Below, piece after piece: positions 19,701 through 20,000 of a stretch of DNA of 20,000 nt (positions are counted from its first letter, which is position 1; each line of letters begins with the position of its first letter). The position numbers and the translations under genes are program-made. The stretch comes from Mesotaenium endlicherianum. Its lineage: Eukaryota. A model generated the notes under the pieces. That model saw only the letters and a program-made list of their open reading frames with translations. It was not told the origin of the DNA and did no database searches. The DNA lies in assembly GCA_009602735.1 (NCBI GenBank), contig WELA01003228.1, forward strand, positions 68,367 through 88,366, in the 5' to 3' direction.

Positions 19701-20000
19701 TAAACACATCCGTGTACTGAGCAACAATGTTTGCAGCAGTAGGGTGTTCCGGAGGGTGTACCTTTTTCTCAACCACTTCTTCAGGTTCAGGAGGTACCTC
19801 TCTTAGCAGCTGACAGAACATTCTGTCTTCCTTCTGGTTCCAGCTTTTGACGAACTCCATTGCATTCAGCAACTTGCATCCNTTATCCTTCTGGAAGCCT
19901 CTTCTTTTCCTTCATTTGCCATTTACACAGGACAAGAGGAAGAGCACTGGTGGGTGCCAAGTCAGTCTGCCCATCACTGGCTCCTCTCACTTTAACTGTA
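16737..20000 (-). CDS. pol: Ty3/Gypsy pol (post-protease linker, RT, RNase H, integrase, chromodomain inferred inside the N gap)
   Basis: [39 protein letters not shown] ([13 protein letters not shown]), SMDW/SDRD/TER triad, WVGPY. The tail [15 protein letters not shown] (stop 16737) matches the copy B chromodomain tail EALRRFYLWEAGTPP. Confidence 0.95.
16785..17008. other. Assembly gap covering the chromodomain of copy D (a second gap lies at 17502-17543)
   Basis: N run whose flanks align to copy B 7042 and 7233, where the interval encodes the chromodomain. Confidence 0.9.

Larger units (their letters stand above)
13984..20000 (-). mobile_element. Chromovirus copy D, youngest and near-intact; continues beyond the right edge
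   Basis: LTR, intact accessory ORF and long open pol. Confidence 0.95.

Noticed and set aside
19875..19895. Apparent frameshift in copy D pol, possibly a programmed frameshift
   Set aside because: Seven extra bases relative to copy B with a duplicated GGAT around an N, most likely an assembly artefact.

Overview
This is a eukaryotic, entirely transposon-derived window with no host gene. The TE lineages suggest a green plant or alga, probably non-seed, but that is inference. It is a nest of elements inserted into one another. An old Ty3/Gypsy integrase remnant (1-733) is cut by four successive members (A-D) of one chromodomain-bearing Ty3/Gypsy family with ~720-bp LTRs (TGAAATGAATC...GATTCATTACA on +). 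A GC-rich Gypsy fragment whose integrase ends in a PHD finger (10452-11717) sits between copies B and C. Copy B also carries a piggyBac with both ends (TTAA TSD, 13-bp TIRs, 1330-4143) and a 709-bp solo LTR of another family (AAGAA TSD). All LTR elements read on the minus strand. The main novelty candidate is a ~555-aa sense-strand accessory ORF between pol and the 3' LTR, present in copies B, C and D. It has no homology I recognise and no membrane anchor, appears to be under purifying selection, and is bracketed by duplicated copies of the element's polypurine tract.
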